64,000 bases of DNA from Candidatus Bathyarchaeota archaeon (GCA_963702095.1 OY969706.1:2176001-2240000), one strand, 5' to 3'; shown: positions 19,673-31,355, counted from the first letter of the stretch. Translations and numbers: made by a program. The notes: a model not told the origin generated them from the sequence alone.

Positions 19673-20692
19673 CTATTCCTCGGATAAATCTTCGGTTTTA
19701 ATAACTTGCCCCATTACAACGCTTTTGATAAATATTCTGTTCAAAATCTGATCCAAAAATTTGGGATCAAGCCCATCTGCCGGGCGTTTAAATGAAACAA
19801 TATCCAAAGTTAAAGTTTCACCAATGGAAATATCTCTTCTTGCGACTATGCTTCGCCGTGCTAGACCGATCTTTTTCATTTCAGATAGACTAGGGCATTT
19901 TATTCCTGTCCCTAACATCTTTTCGGTTTGGCGGATACTTTTAATCATTTCTGTCAGGTCTTTTGGATCAGCAGATACCTTATGGTCTGGACCCGGTAAA
20001 TTCTTGTCGAGTGTAAAATGTTTTTCTATAACTTTGGCACCCAAGGCAACAGCTATTATTGGAGCGAGAATGCCTAAAGTATGATCTGAATAGCCGATTA
20101 TTGCTTCATTAAAAACCTCTTTTAATGTTTGTATCGACTTTAAGTTGACCTCTTCAGGATCAGGAGGGTAACAGGTTATACAATGAAGTAAAATAATATC
20201 ACTATTGCCTTGTTGTTTTATAATAGAAACGGCTTCTATAATTTCATCAACTGTAGAAAGACCAGTTGATAGGATTATTGGCTTGCCTGTGATAGATGTT
20301 TTTTCTAACAGCTGTACGAAAGTCAGATCCCCCGAAGCTATTTTAAATGCAGGAACGCCAATTTTATTTAGGATTTCAACGTAGTCCAAATCAAGGGGGG
20401 TCGACAGGAATATTATTTCCTTCTTTCTTGCATACTCGGCGAGATCTTTGAATTCATCTTCTGAAAGTTCCAATGACTTGAATAAGCCATAATATTTGGC
20501 GTTTGGACCAACAAATTCTTCTGAATGATAAGACTGAAATTTTACGGCATCTGCACCAGCGCTCTTTGCTTGATCAATCAGTTTTTTCGCGAGAGTTAAG
20601 TCTCCGTTATGGTTCAACCCAACTTCAGCTATAATAAATGTCGGAGTCTCGCCTCCAATTTTTCTGTTTCCGATTGATATTGTTTTTTTCAT
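19673..20692 (-). CDS. Nonulosonic acid synthase (NeuB/PseI/SpsE family) with C-terminal SAF domain
   Basis: FIIAEVGLNHNGD, KIASGD, LSTG, LLHC, GYSDHT, IEKHFTLD..GPDH. Confidence 0.95.
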   Translation of the reverse strand: MKKTISIGNRKIGGETPTFIIAEVGLNHNGDLTLAKKLIDQAKSAGADAVKFQSYHSEEFVGPNAKYYGLFKSLELSEDEFKDLAEYARKKEIIFLSTPLDLDYVEILNKIGVPAFKIASGDLTFVQLLEKTSITGKPIILSTGLSTVDEIIEAVSIIKQQGNSDIILLHCITCYPPDPEEVNLKSIQTLKEVFNEAIIGYSDHTLGILAPIIAVALGAKVIEKHFTLDKNLPGPDHKVSADPKDLTEMIKSIRQTEKMLGTGIKCPSLSEMKKIGLARRSIVARRDISIGETLTLDIVSFKRPADGLDPKFLDQILNRIFIKSVVMGQVIKTEDLSEE

Positions 20693-20710
20693 TTCCTCAT
20701 TTCTCCATTT

Positions 20711-21403
20711 TCATTTATTTTGTAACTCAGCACTATCGATAAGGTGGATAACTGCAGATAAAGGAAAAAAATTATTCCGCTTGTATAAATGCTTAAAAAT
20801 TTTTGTTATCAGCTCGAAGTCTGCAGGGTAATCTATAGTCAGACGATAGGTCGGTCTGTAGAGGTTTGGAGGTGATTGCAGAATAAGTTTGTTAAAGAGT
20901 GTATTGTTACGTATAATAAAAGGAGTTACATGCTCGAGGTCATATGGTTCTCTTGCACGTTCATTCGCCATGGCAAGAGCAGAAAAAGAGACGCCTTCGG
21001 CACCGATACCGATTGGTAAACCATCGGTCCAAGAATAATCAGCGCCAGCATCAACATGAGCAGCGATCATATGGTCAATAACATATGGGTCTGTCAAAGG
21101 ATTATCTGAAGTCACCCTCACAGCAATGTCGGCATTAGCAAGCTTTGCAGCCTGGAATGTTCGCTCTAAAACATTTTTTTCGCTGCCTCTAAACCAGTTA
21201 GCGCCATATTTCTGAGCAATCTCAACGATGATATCGTCTTGTTTAGCATCGGTAGTTGCTATAACAATTTGATTAAGCATCTTGGAGACCTGTAATCGGC
21301 ATATTAAGTGAGCTAGCATAGGCTTATCGATGATAGTTTTGGCCACTTTGCCGGGGAGACGAGTTGAACCCATGTGTGCTTGCACGATAGCAACTACTTT
21401 CAT
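20711..21403 (-). CDS. SpsF-like cytidylyltransferase
   Basis: QAHMGSTRLPGKV, RGSEKNVL, RVTSDNP, EHVTP, RLTIDYPAD. Confidence 0.9.
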   Translation of the reverse strand: MKVVAIVQAHMGSTRLPGKVAKTIIDKPMLAHLICRLQVSKMLNQIVIATTDAKQDDIIVEIAQKYGANWFRGSEKNVLERTFQAAKLANADIAVRVTSDNPLTDPYVIDHMIAAHVDAGADYSWTDGLPIGIGAEGVSFSALAMANERAREPYDLEHVTPFIIRNNTLFNKLILQSPPNLYRPTYRLTIDYPADFELITKIFKHLYKRNNFFPLSAVIHLIDSAELQNK

Positions 21404-21413
21404 AACATCACTA

Positions 21414-22559
21414 TCAAGAATTGACGCTTTCCTTTATTTGCCTCACGATATAATCCATCTGCTCGGTTGTCAATTGATGATACATTGGTAGAGACAGAAT
21501 TTCCTCGTAAGCTGCTTCAGCAACCGGGAAATCTCCTTTTTTGTATCCGAACATTCCTTTGTAGTATGACAGTAGATGAAGAGGCGTATAGTGTACACTC
21601 AAACCGATACCCTTCAACGAAAGCTTTTTAAAAAGCTCATCACGACTTAATCCAAAAATATCTTTGACAACACGTATAACGTACAGATGGTGGATGTGGT
21701 TACGGTCGTTGGCTTCATAGGGTGGAATAATCCCAGATATCTTAGAGAGCTGAGAAGTTAAATAGCGAGCGTTTTTCTGTTTACCTTCGTTCATTTGATC
21801 TAAGCGTTTAAGCTGAGAAAGACCAAGCGCTGATTGGACATCATTCAGCCTATAGTTATATCCCAAATCAGTAACATCATAATACCAAGAGAACCTTTCT
21901 CTATCAAAAGCATCCTTTGTCATGCAGTGAGACCTACTTTGTTGGCACTTCTTGGCAATTGCTTCATCGTTCATAGTAATCATACCACCTTCAAATGTCG
22001 TCATATTTTTTGTGGGATAAAAACTAAAACAGCCTATACCAAAAGACCCTGTCTTACGGTCATTATATAAGGAACCAGCTGAATGAGCACAATCTTCTAC
22101 AACAAACAAATGCTTGTCTTCAGCTATCTCCATAATCTCATTCATGTCACACGATTGCCCTCCATAATGCACAGGGATTATGGCTTTAGTTTTTCGGGTT
22201 ATTTTTTTCTGAATATCATCGACTGAAATGTTGAATGTTCTTTGATTAATATCAGCAAAAATGGGTTTTGCTCCACAAAATAGAGCACTATTAGCTGTTG
22301 CGGCAAAAGTCAAATCAGGAACAATAACTTCATCGCCAGGTTTAATGCCATATGCTTTGAGAGCAAGGTGCAGAGCAGCAGTACAGCTATTCACAGAAAC
22401 CGCAAACTTTACACCGATATAACTAGCGAATAATTGCTCGAATTCCCTTGCCTTAGGACCTCCTGTAAGCCATCTGGAGTCGAGAGCGGTTAAGACAGCT
22501 TTTTTGTCATCATCAGAAATATCGGGAATTGAGAATGGTATAGAAATGTCATAGCTCAA
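21414..22559 (-). CDS. PseC-like UDP-4-keto-6-deoxy-HexNAc aminotransferase (DegT family)
   Basis: NSCTAALH, EDCAHS, FSFYPTKNMTTFEGG, GYNYRL; follows the PseB-like gene. Confidence 0.88.
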   Translation of the reverse strand: MSYDISIPFSIPDISDDDKKAVLTALDSRWLTGGPKAREFEQLFASYIGVKFAVSVNSCTAALHLALKAYGIKPGDEVIVPDLTFAATANSALFCGAKPIFADINQRTFNISVDDIQKKITRKTKAIIPVHYGGQSCDMNEIMEIAEDKHLFVVEDCAHSAGSLYNDRKTGSFGIGCFSFYPTKNMTTFEGGMITMNDEAIAKKCQQSRSHCMTKDAFDRERFSWYYDVTDLGYNYRLNDVQSALGLSQLKRLDQMNEGKQKNARYLTSQLSKISGIIPPYEANDRNHIHHLYVIRVVKDIFGLSRDELFKKLSLKGIGLSVHYTPLHLLSYYKGMFGYKKGDFPVAEAAYEEILSLPMYHQLTTEQMDYIVRQIKESVNS

Positions 22560-22577
22560 GTCTTTTTAACTCCAGTT

Positions 22578-23621
22578 TTAAATTATCGATGCTTCTTTGA
22601 GTAAGTTTTGTATTGCGGATTTACTAAGGGGCGTTATACTCTTTGATGAGTATCCGTGTACCTTTCGTGTATCGTTATTTGTGACTCTGGGTGGATCACT
22701 AAAAGGTGAATAAACAATAAACATATCGGTGGCTTCAACGCAGGTATTTGCTTCATATGGAGTCATCAACTCTTCATGAATTTTTTCTCCATTTCTAACG
22801 CCAACTATCTTAGCTTTACTGTTATTGGTGGAAACTTTATGATTAGAATCAAAATTTTTAATCATAACTTCGGCGAGATCTGAGATTCTAATACAAGGCA
22901 TTTTTAAGATAAACGTTTCACCGCCGTCAGCGGATGCTACAGCCTTAAAAACCAAGTCTACCGCTTGAGAAACTAGCATAATAAACCGAGTCATTTCATT
23001 ACTGGTAACAGTTACAGGTTTACCTGACTCTATTTGGCGCTTAAAAACTTCAGTAACAGACCCTCTAGACCCCAACACATTACCGAACCGTACACACGAA
23101 AACTTTGTCCTTCTGCTACCCTTATACGAACAGGCTTCAACAACTAACTTCTCACACAACAATTTTGATGCACCCATAGCGCTGGTTGGATTGACAGCCT
23201 TATCAGTGCTGATAAGAATGAAGCGCTCGACATTTTCCAATAGTGAAACTTCCACTAAATTTTGTGTCCCTACCACATTTGTTCTTACCGCTTCAAACGG
23301 ATTGTATTCACATATCGGAACATGCTTCAATGCAGCTGTATGAAAAATTATGTCAACACTTTCGCAAGCCATGCGCATACGATCTTTATCACGGACATCA
23401 CCGAACAAAAATCGAAGATTTTTATGTGAATATAATTGTTGTTGCAAATTAAACAGGCCATTTTCGTCATTGCTTAGAACCCGCACTGCTTTAGGATGGA
23501 ATCTAGTTACTAGTTGTTGTACAATTTCTGAACCTATTGTTCCTGTTCCGCCAGTGACTAGTATAGTCTTGCTTTCGAATAAGGCATAATGCTGCAAATC
23601 GTCTTTTTGTTGCTTGGACAT
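22578..23621 (-). CDS. UDP-GlcNAc 4,6-dehydratase (PseB/FlaA1-like)
   Basis: VTGGTGTIG, AALKHVP..EYNPFE, STDKAV, VRFGNVLGSRGSV, MTRF, GEKIHE. Confidence 0.9.
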   Translation of the reverse strand: MSKQQKDDLQHYALFESKTILVTGGTGTIGSEIVQQLVTRFHPKAVRVLSNDENGLFNLQQQLYSHKNLRFLFGDVRDKDRMRMACESVDIIFHTAALKHVPICEYNPFEAVRTNVVGTQNLVEVSLLENVERFILISTDKAVNPTSAMGASKLLCEKLVVEACSYKGSRRTKFSCVRFGNVLGSRGSVTEVFKRQIESGKPVTVTSNEMTRFIMLVSQAVDLVFKAVASADGGETFILKMPCIRISDLAEVMIKNFDSNHKVSTNNSKAKIVGVRNGEKIHEELMTPYEANTCVEATDMFIVYSPFSDPPRVTNNDTRKVHGYSSKSITPLSKSAIQNLLKEASII

Positions 23622-23775
23622 GATTTTCGCCGATCTATGGTTAGAGGTTAGTTTTACATAACCGATAGCATAACTTAAAGGCTTTTGCTAAAATCGGAAC
23701 AGGCGTACAAATAACTGGAACAGCAACTTTGACGCAGTTATGTTTCAGCATGAGCAGCGCAGAAGTGGTTTTCTC

Positions 23776-24501
23776 TTAAATAGACCAAAAAGTCACTGTC
23801 CCCTCATTAAGCAGCGTTTTAGATCGGTCAGAACCTTGATTGAGCAATAGATCAATAACGCTAAGGTTCGAAACATACGCTCCAAAAAGCTGTTGGTAAA
23901 CGGGAGGCTTATACTCCATGAACTCCGCTTTAATCCCCGCATTTCTGAAAAGTTTTTCTGCGCTATCTTGCCTCATGTATTCTTCAGCGCCTACAGACGC
24001 TAAATATCGATCAGCATCCATTGCTTTGCAAATATTCAAAACCATTTCTGTTCTTTTACCTTCAACCCCCAACTCGGAGGACCTAACAAAAACCGGAGAT
24101 AGACCAAGTTGAGTTGATAAATATTTGATTATGTGGATGTTTAAATTTATAAGAGACTCCCATTTTGCGGTATACAATGATTCAAAAAATGGCAGATAAT
24201 AGTTGAAATATGGCGCCCTGCCGTAGCATGTTTTGATAGCTAACAAGTGCTTTTTAGCCCAGAGTTGCGTGTTATCTATAACAACATCCTCGATTGCTTC
24301 GAACCCCTTGTGGTGAGTAGGAACAGTTAGCCAAATTGCATCTTTCGGACCCTTAATACGGTTCCTTGACTGCCAGGAATTTTTTTCAAATTGAACATGA
24401 TCAAGGAAGACATATACATCCGCCTGCTTGATAAGGTAGAAGAACCCTGTCCAAGGCAAATAAGTAGGTTGGCTAATTGCAATCGTTCGGATCTTTATCA
24501 C
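23776..24501 (-). CDS. WbqC-like family protein
   Basis: ISQPTYLPWTGFF, DHVQF..WQSRNRI, LSVIDLLLNQG. Confidence 0.9.
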   Translation of the reverse strand: MIKIRTIAISQPTYLPWTGFFYLIKQADVYVFLDHVQFEKNSWQSRNRIKGPKDAIWLTVPTHHKGFEAIEDVVIDNTQLWAKKHLLAIKTCYGRAPYFNYYLPFFESLYTAKWESLINLNIHIIKYLSTQLGLSPVFVRSSELGVEGKRTEMVLNICKAMDADRYLASVGAEEYMRQDSAEKLFRNAGIKAEFMEYKPPVYQQLFGAYVSNLSVIDLLLNQGSDRSKTLLNEGTVTFWSI

Positions 24502-24994
24502 CGATTTGTTTCTTAACTTTTGCTGGACACCCTAGCGCAATAGAATACGACGGTATGTCATGTGTAACGACGCTGTGAGCGCCAATTACCACATTGTCTC
24601 CAATAGTTACGCCTTGTTTAACAAACACATATGCACCTATCCAGCAATTGTTGCCTATAATTACGTTACCAGATATACTTTGTCTCGTTTTACTGAAATC
24701 TTGGTCTGCACGTCGGTTAGTTGTGTAAGCCATAAAGTAGTGGCTTATTGCCGTGCTTTGGCCTATCTTTACGACATAACCCTTTAAGGCTTGAATCGAG
24801 CTATAGCGACCTATATAACTGTTTGCGCCAATGTGAATTTCCCCGTCACCGTACATTTTTATACCTTCGCCGTTGAAAAGGAATGTTGGATGGATGTTGT
24901 ATCTTTCACGGTATCCTCTATATTCGGCTACCCACCGAAGTTTCTCTAAACTCTCGAAAAGAAAAGCAATCGCTTGACTCAGCATATTAGTCAC
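24473..24994 (-). CDS. Hexapeptide-repeat O/N-acyltransferase
   Basis: VIIGNNCWIG..GVTIGDNVVIGAHSVVTHDIP..GCPAK. Confidence 0.88.
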   Translation of the reverse strand: MTNMLSQAIAFLFESLEKLRWVAEYRGYRERYNIHPTFLFNGEGIKMYGDGEIHIGANSYIGRYSSIQALKGYVVKIGQSTAISHYFMAYTTNRRADQDFSKTRQSISGNVIIGNNCWIGAYVFVKQGVTIGDNVVIGAHSVVTHDIPSYSIALGCPAKVKKQIGDKDPNDCN

Positions 24995-25229
24995 TTTAAT
25001 AACTTATAGCGCTAGATTACTGTTCTATTAAATTTACTGTTTTTATTTGGAGTAAGCTAATCTTAGAGAAGCAAAAACCTCCCGAAGATAGTGTCGCTAC
25101 TTTTAGGATTGTTATGCGATCAGCGACACGCATATTGCGGCTGTAGTAATTTAAGTATTTTAGTTGTTGTCTGAAAATACTCTACTCTTGTTCCTTTGCC
25201 ACTATCAACTTATTATTAACCATGCCCTT

Positions 25230-26444
25230 TCATTCATACATAGACATCTCCCTTATCAGGCAAGCAACCCTTTTTGAAGCATTGCCATCGGCTATGAATG
25301 CATGTTCATATACAAAATTACTTCTTGACTGTTTGATTTTCTGCTCAAAAATTTGGTCAGTAAAGACTCTTTGGAGTGTCGGTCCGAGAGCATTAATGCT
25401 AGAAACGCCTATAGCGGCACCCGAACTTACGTAAGGATAATATTCAGAATCGTTAAATATATTTACTATAACAGTAGGCTTTTCTAAAATCAGAGCTTCC
25501 ATAGCCATGGTTGAAAAATTTGACAGGAAAATACTACAAGAATTTATCAAGCTTGAAATGTCAAAATCCTTAACTACAGCAACAGTATCACAATTTATAT
25601 CTTTAAGAATAGATTGATAGGCAGTTATTTGCTCCTCTAAGGGATGTAGTTTGATAATAAGCTTAATAGTCTTATATGGCTTGAAAGCTTTAGCAACGCC
25701 TTCGATAAAAATTCTTCTTTTTATAGCGCCATTTTCTTGCGTAGCGAAAACAGGCGAGGCTAAAAGGGCAATATTATAGTCCGATTTCAAGCCAAATTTT
25801 GTATATAGTACCGATTTGGTAAATTTTGGGTTAAACAATTCATCAAACCTTGGTTGACCAGTGACAACTATATTGTCGGCATTAAAACCGAGTTTTATAA
25901 AAACCGACTTTGCATATGGGCTCATTACAGCAACCTTCGTGCACTCGCCATGGCCATAACTATGCGACTTTCTTAGGCGTACAAACCCATGTAAATATTG
26001 CTTTAAACCGCAGGTACTCAATAGGAAAAGTGATTGAGGAATAATTATTCTTGAATTCCGTAATAAATAAGTCAACCCGAGAAGTGATGCTTTGGTTGAT
26101 AGAGTTTTTGGCAAGTTAATGATGCCATCTTGGACTAACAGACTGGGTATCCCCATATCAGCAGAACCCAAAATGAAAGATCTTTCTATTGCATTGTTAT
26201 CGTTTCCGACAACGACAACGTCTGGTTTTTCCTCTCTTAATATATTCTTTGTATTTTTAGTTTGGTATATTTCCAAGCCTTTGGTAGGTATCCCTTCATA
26301 ATTAAGCAATTTAGCAGAATCTTCCCTGAAATAATAATCCCTGTTTAAAACTATAACGTTAAAACCATCATTGAGCTCCTTAATAATGTCAATGAACATG
26401 CGAGTTATCGTTTTTCCACCGGAAATAAACAAGATTTTCTTCAT
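25230..26444 (-). CDS. GT-B protein, candidate nonulosonate (sialyl-like) transferase
   Basis: VQDG, VTGQPRFD, IKLHPLE, STMAMEAL; first gene of the nonulosonate block. Confidence 0.65.
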   Translation of the reverse strand: MKKILFISGGKTITRMFIDIIKELNDGFNVIVLNRDYYFREDSAKLLNYEGIPTKGLEIYQTKNTKNILREEKPDVVVVGNDNNAIERSFILGSADMGIPSLLVQDGIINLPKTLSTKASLLGLTYLLRNSRIIIPQSLFLLSTCGLKQYLHGFVRLRKSHSYGHGECTKVAVMSPYAKSVFIKLGFNADNIVVTGQPRFDELFNPKFTKSVLYTKFGLKSDYNIALLASPVFATQENGAIKRRIFIEGVAKAFKPYKTIKLIIKLHPLEEQITAYQSILKDINCDTVAVVKDFDISSLINSCSIFLSNFSTMAMEALILEKPTVIVNIFNDSEYYPYVSSGAAIGVSSINALGPTLQRVFTDQIFEQKIKQSRSNFVYEHAFIADGNASKRVACLIREMSMYE

Positions 26445-26472
26445 TTTATTCAGCTTATTTTTTTTAATGTGT

Positions 26473-29017
26473 CTAATATGTTACTGCATAAATTGTATAA
26501 TTGTTGTTCTGGTAAATTACTCGAAAAGTAGACAGCACTGATACAAATAATACCGCTTCTTGGTTGTTGAACCCCAAACTTGTAAAGTTTTTCATCGGCG
26601 GTTCATAAACGTATGAAATGTTAAGAGAATGCAAAGCATTGCACATAGACGCCTGGTCTGAAGAGTTTTGTTCATCCAAGAGGTTAATTACTACTTTCGG
26701 AGACATCACCTTTGATTGGGTAAGAGCGCAAAGTTGTGTGTAACTTTGATCGGACAACGGCAAAATAACGCTATTACGCGAAATGTTGGCATTAACCCAA
26801 TTAAATACTTCAGCGTCCACTTGAGGACTATGGTTTGAGGTATTTCCAGCTTTCAAATAATATTCAGTCCCATAAGGCATATAAAGGAACGAGAAAGCGA
26901 TAATAACGATAAATAGAAGAGGAACCATTTTTTTTAAAATTGTGAACTTTCCAGAAAGCGTTGATTTGGTTTTAAGATTGCCCGTCTCGTCATTGTTCTT
27001 TGGTTTAGACCAGTAAACGCTCAAAACTAATGCAGCTAAGGAGCTTGTTAAGTAAACTATTTGCTGGAGAAATCTGTTAAAGATAACACCACCCTCAGTC
27101 AACGAGGGGAAAATTTTAACTAATAAATAGGGACCAGACAAGCCTAGTAAAATTAGCGACAAAAGCCAGCAAAAAATAAACAAGGTACTTTTCTTTTCAG
27201 TTGTTCGAAAAAGCAGCGGCAGACCTGCTATGGATATAACTAAGGGAAAGCCCAAGCAAATAATATAAACAAACCAAGGAAGGAACGGATTTCGCATTGC
27301 AGATAATCGTTCACCCCAAGTCAAAATGCTTAGAGTTATTGGAACAAACATAATAATTAATGAACCTGACCAGAAAAGAAACCTGCGTTCTTTAAGTTTA
27401 GAAAGTTTTTGCTTGGCAACTATAGGCAGCGTCCAATTGCGACCAAAATGACCAAATTTATTCTTAAAATAAATAATCAGAACGAGGACAGGAAGAATTG
27501 GCCAGAAAATCATGAGAAAATAGGAACTAGTTTGATTCCCAGTAAGCAGAAAATGAAAACCATTTAGGAAGTCAAAAACAAACAGAAAGGTCGAAGAAAT
27601 TACTATAAAGAGCATAAGTTTCTTGGAGAGGCCCTTCTACTTTCTGTAATAACAGAAAGATGGTTAAAGCTGAAAAGAATAAGGGTAAAAAGAAAATGCC
27701 GTGCATGAATAGGGTCGTTAATAGAAAAAGAGAACCAAGTAACAAATCGCTTATGTGACCCTTCTTAAAGTAACAGTACGTAAAAGTAAAGGCAAGGGCG
27801 CCTATTGCAATTTCTATCATTCCCACGAAAGCGGAAACCCAGCAGGAAACACCAGACCCAACCCCTGAAAAATAAGAGTTGAGAACACCCATAACGTTCC
27901 CACTCATATACTGTGAGTATACGGCTGGTTGCGTTATTAGGATAATTGCGACTGAAAGGGCTGCGAGACCTTGCAGGAAAACGAAAACTGCGGTCAATGT
28001 AGGAGCTTTCTGGGAATTTGGAAAAAGATTTTTTATTAAAATATAGAATGCCATTGGAACTAAGAGCACAAAAAACTGGAGACCGGCAAGACTGTAAAGT
28101 GGAGGCAATCCAGTAATATTGCTTACTATTTGTATGAAAACTTGAAACCAAAGATAAGGCGAGGCCGTTGATCCGAAGTTAAAAAATTCATTTCCGGATT
28201 TAAAGTAAAAAGTGAGATCACCTGAGTATATTCCCCCTAATGGCTGTGAAAATAAATGAATGAGATAAGAGGAAAAGACAAGTATTACAAGCAACGAGAG
28301 GAGAACCCCCCATTTAGCATAGTTTACCTGTATACAGCTACTATTTACCGCAGTGTTTGGTGCTTGTTTTAGTAACCGTTCTTTAACGAATTTGTATAAT
28401 GCAGGAGGTAAAACAAACAGCCAAGTACACGCAAGTAATGATAAAGGATTTATGACAAAGAAACGCAGCAGAATTAATCCTATTATAGTGGAAATAATCC
28501 AGCTAATTCCAATTATAAATCCAGCCTGTTCAAAATTATCAAAGTTATGGTCTTTTTTAATCAGGGAATCATAGATTGCTTTTCCGGGCAAAAAAGAGAC
28601 AATAAAAAAGCCAGAAAGAATTCTGAAAACTGCAACAGGTTCTAGCATCTGGAATGAATGAAACACACTATCGGAATAAACACTAAAAGAGTATGATGGA
28701 GAGACAAGAATAAATGTACTAGCTATAAGCCCCCAAAAGTAGACCGATGTAAATATCTTTCGAAGGGATAGTTTAGAATGATGACAATCAGGAAAGATTT
28801 CTAAGGAAGTAGTTGAAAAACAATATTGTTGAAGAAAGAATGAGAAAACAAAGAATAATAAAGAGTAGAAAAGTCTTAACACCAAAGTGCTAACCAAAAA
28901 ATAGATTATTAAGGAACCAATTAGAGAATTAACTAAGAAAAATAGTAGTTTTAATTTATTTAAAGTCATAATATTACTTTTTAGTTGGGTTAAAGCGCTT
29001 TTTAGTTTCCAAGTCAC
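26473..29017 (-). CDS. Large polytopic membrane protein (GT-C-like), split by a 1-nt frameshift at ~27633
   Basis: ORFs 27572-29017 and 26473-27615 join as QKVEG/LSKKLMLFIV; about 20 TM helices; C-terminal extracellular domain (FNWVNANI..LNISYVY) with N-x-S/T sequons. Confidence 0.65.
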
Positions 29018-30137
29018 TCAAATAATTTGTCATCGGCAGTAAAACCACTCGCCAATCATAGTTCATTAACGCATAATTTCTAGCGTTATTGCCAATCTCA
29101 TTAGCTTTGGATTGATTTTTGAGAAGAGTGACAATCGCCTGTGAATATTCAGAGGGATCATCCCATCTTACAATGATGCCATTAACGTCATTACGTATAA
29201 TTTGGAGATGAGGTAAGATGTTAGATGCTATTACTGGCTTTCCCATGGCCATGTATTCGAATGTTTTTGTTGGAGAGGAAAGCGAATAATATAAGTTATC
29301 AGGTATAGGTGAGACTGCAATGTTGGCCGAAGCTATGTAAAGAGGCACTAATTTATTATTTATGTAACCAGTAAATATTACGGAATCTTGCAAACCTAGT
29401 TCTTCGGACATACGCAACAAGTTTACTTTTCCATCGCCGTCACCAACAATTAAAATGCGAACACCATTTATTTCATTTTTAACGTATTTCATGGCGGTTA
29501 TAATTATTTCAAGGCGGCGCTCTTTTGATAGAGTTCCAACATAGACCAAAACTTTGGCATCAAGAGTAATATTGTATTTACGTCTTACACTCACACCACT
29601 TACTTTAGGAGAGAATAACGTAGTATCCGCCCCCATAGGAATAACAATAATTTTTTCCAGAGGAATACCATAATTACCATTAAGGAATTTTTTATACGCA
29701 GAACTAATGCTGAATATTTTTTCGCTATTTTTAATTAAAAAAATATTAAGGGGCAACCAAAACGGCCGATAAAATTCTATATTTGGCGCTCGAATATTAT
29801 ATAGCAAGTGAGTTCTCAGAAAAATTTTGGAAAGAAGACTTGCCAGCCAAGTCGCAAAATTCATACATTGAACAATCTCAATCGAAAGGCGCTTATTTAT
29901 TCTCGCTAATAAAATAAAAGCGCAAAAATTGAACAGGATAACGTCAATAAACTCATTATTCACAGAGGGCAAATAGTGTATTCGCAGATTTTTTTCTTCA
30001 ATTGTGATAGTATTGAGCTGATCGTTACGCATAATTATATCCACTTTTTGCCCGTCATTAACCAATACCCGCCCTATTTCGCGTGTATCAGTGTCAATAG
30101 AAGGGTGTTTTGCCCAGCTAAGCAAACAGATATGCAT
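28974..30137 (-). CDS. Glycosyltransferase family 4
   Basis: IPMGAD..F, YVGTL, PTKTFEYMAMGKPVI. Confidence 0.9.
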   Translation of the reverse strand: MHICLLSWAKHPSIDTDTREIGRVLVNDGQKVDIIMRNDQLNTITIEEKNLRIHYLPSVNNEFIDVILFNFCAFILLARINKRLSIEIVQCMNFATWLASLLSKIFLRTHLLYNIRAPNIEFYRPFWLPLNIFLIKNSEKIFSISSAYKKFLNGNYGIPLEKIIVIPMGADTTLFSPKVSGVSVRRKYNITLDAKVLVYVGTLSKERRLEIIITAMKYVKNEINGVRILIVGDGDGKVNLLRMSEELGLQDSVIFTGYINNKLVPLYIASANIAVSPIPDNLYYSLSSPTKTFEYMAMGKPVIASNILPHLQIIRNDVNGIIVRWDDPSEYSQAIVTLLKNQSKANEIGNNARNYALMNYDWRVVLLPMTNYLSDLETKKRFNPTKK

Positions 30138-30202
30138 AGTAAGGCTCCAAAAGCAAAGATTTTATGTAGAAACGGTCATTATCTTTCAAGACAACGATAA
30201 GC

Positions 30203-31339
30203 CTAGCCAGACCTATAGGTACTGTTGATTGCATCATCGTAAGCTATAGCAAGTTTTCTCAATACGATATCCCAGCCATAATTTTCTATTGCAAGTTTTC
30301 TCGAATTTTGCCCTAATCTTATTCGAAACTCTTTGTCATTCAACAAAATTTTAACCGCATTAGTTAGTTGCTCAATATTTTTTGGTTCAACTACCAGACC
30401 GTTTTTCTCATGTGTAATAAGTTCCCTATTGCCAGTGACATCAAATACTACCGCAGGCAATTCACATGACATAGCTTCGAGAAGAGCTATAGGCATACCC
30501 TCTTTTAGAGAGGGAAATAAAAAAATTGTTGCCTTTCCAAGAATTTCCGCTATTTCTCGCCTAGATAAAGGTCCCCTGATAAAAACAGACTTATTAAGCA
30601 ATCCAAGACCACGTGATGTTTCAATAACCTTGCCCTTTAATTCACCATATCCTATTAGTAAAAACTTAACATTTGGAAAACTTCCGGATAAACGTCGGGC
30701 AACCTCAATTATATACTCAACGCCTTTTTCCTCAACAAATCTGCCAACCCAAACTATCAAGTCATCGCTTTTGTTATAAGCCGGTTTAAAAAATTCACTG
30801 TCAACAGCATTTTGAATTACTGATATTTTGTTTTTGGGACAGCCTATTTTTACCACTTCAGCTGCATCACTTTTCGTAAGACAAATCACCTTATTGGCAG
30901 ACCGAAAAACTGAGAGCCCAATAGTTCGAAGAAAAGCTTGTTGGGCATATTTAAGATAAACACCTCTTTCAGCAAGGACACCATGCACCGTCACTACGCA
31001 GGGTATACCTAATTTTTTTGCTTTCCATAGCGCTTGAACTGTGGGCAAAAAAAGATGTGATTCTCCATGAATAATATCAGGTTTCAAAGCGGCTAATTCT
31101 GATTGAAGCCCGGGTAAAAAAGGGTAATCCTGAATGAATCTTGGAAATAAATTTATTCCATTGAGTCGGTGGACTCTAAAACCTCGACAGATTTTTTCTT
31201 CAAGTTGCCTCTCAGGGTTCTTTCGCCAAGTTATTAGGTCAACCAAATTTCCTGCCTTAGCTTGTCTCATCGATAACTCAAAAAAATAATCCGCCGGCAT
31301 GTCGGGATAGAACAAATGCCTAATCCTTGCCACATGCAC
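30203..31339 (-). CDS. Glycosyltransferase family 4
   Basis: VGRFVEEKG, PSLKEGMPIALLEAM. Confidence 0.92.
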   Translation of the reverse strand: MHVARIRHLFYPDMPADYFFELSMRQAKAGNLVDLITWRKNPERQLEEKICRGFRVHRLNGINLFPRFIQDYPFLPGLQSELAALKPDIIHGESHLFLPTVQALWKAKKLGIPCVVTVHGVLAERGVYLKYAQQAFLRTIGLSVFRSANKVICLTKSDAAEVVKIGCPKNKISVIQNAVDSEFFKPAYNKSDDLIVWVGRFVEEKGVEYIIEVARRLSGSFPNVKFLLIGYGELKGKVIETSRGLGLLNKSVFIRGPLSRREIAEILGKATIFLFPSLKEGMPIALLEAMSCELPAVVFDVTGNRELITHEKNGLVVEPKNIEQLTNAVKILLNDKEFRIRLGQNSRKLAIENYGWDIVLRKLAIAYDDAINSTYRSG

Positions 31340-31355
31340 TATATATTATTACTCG

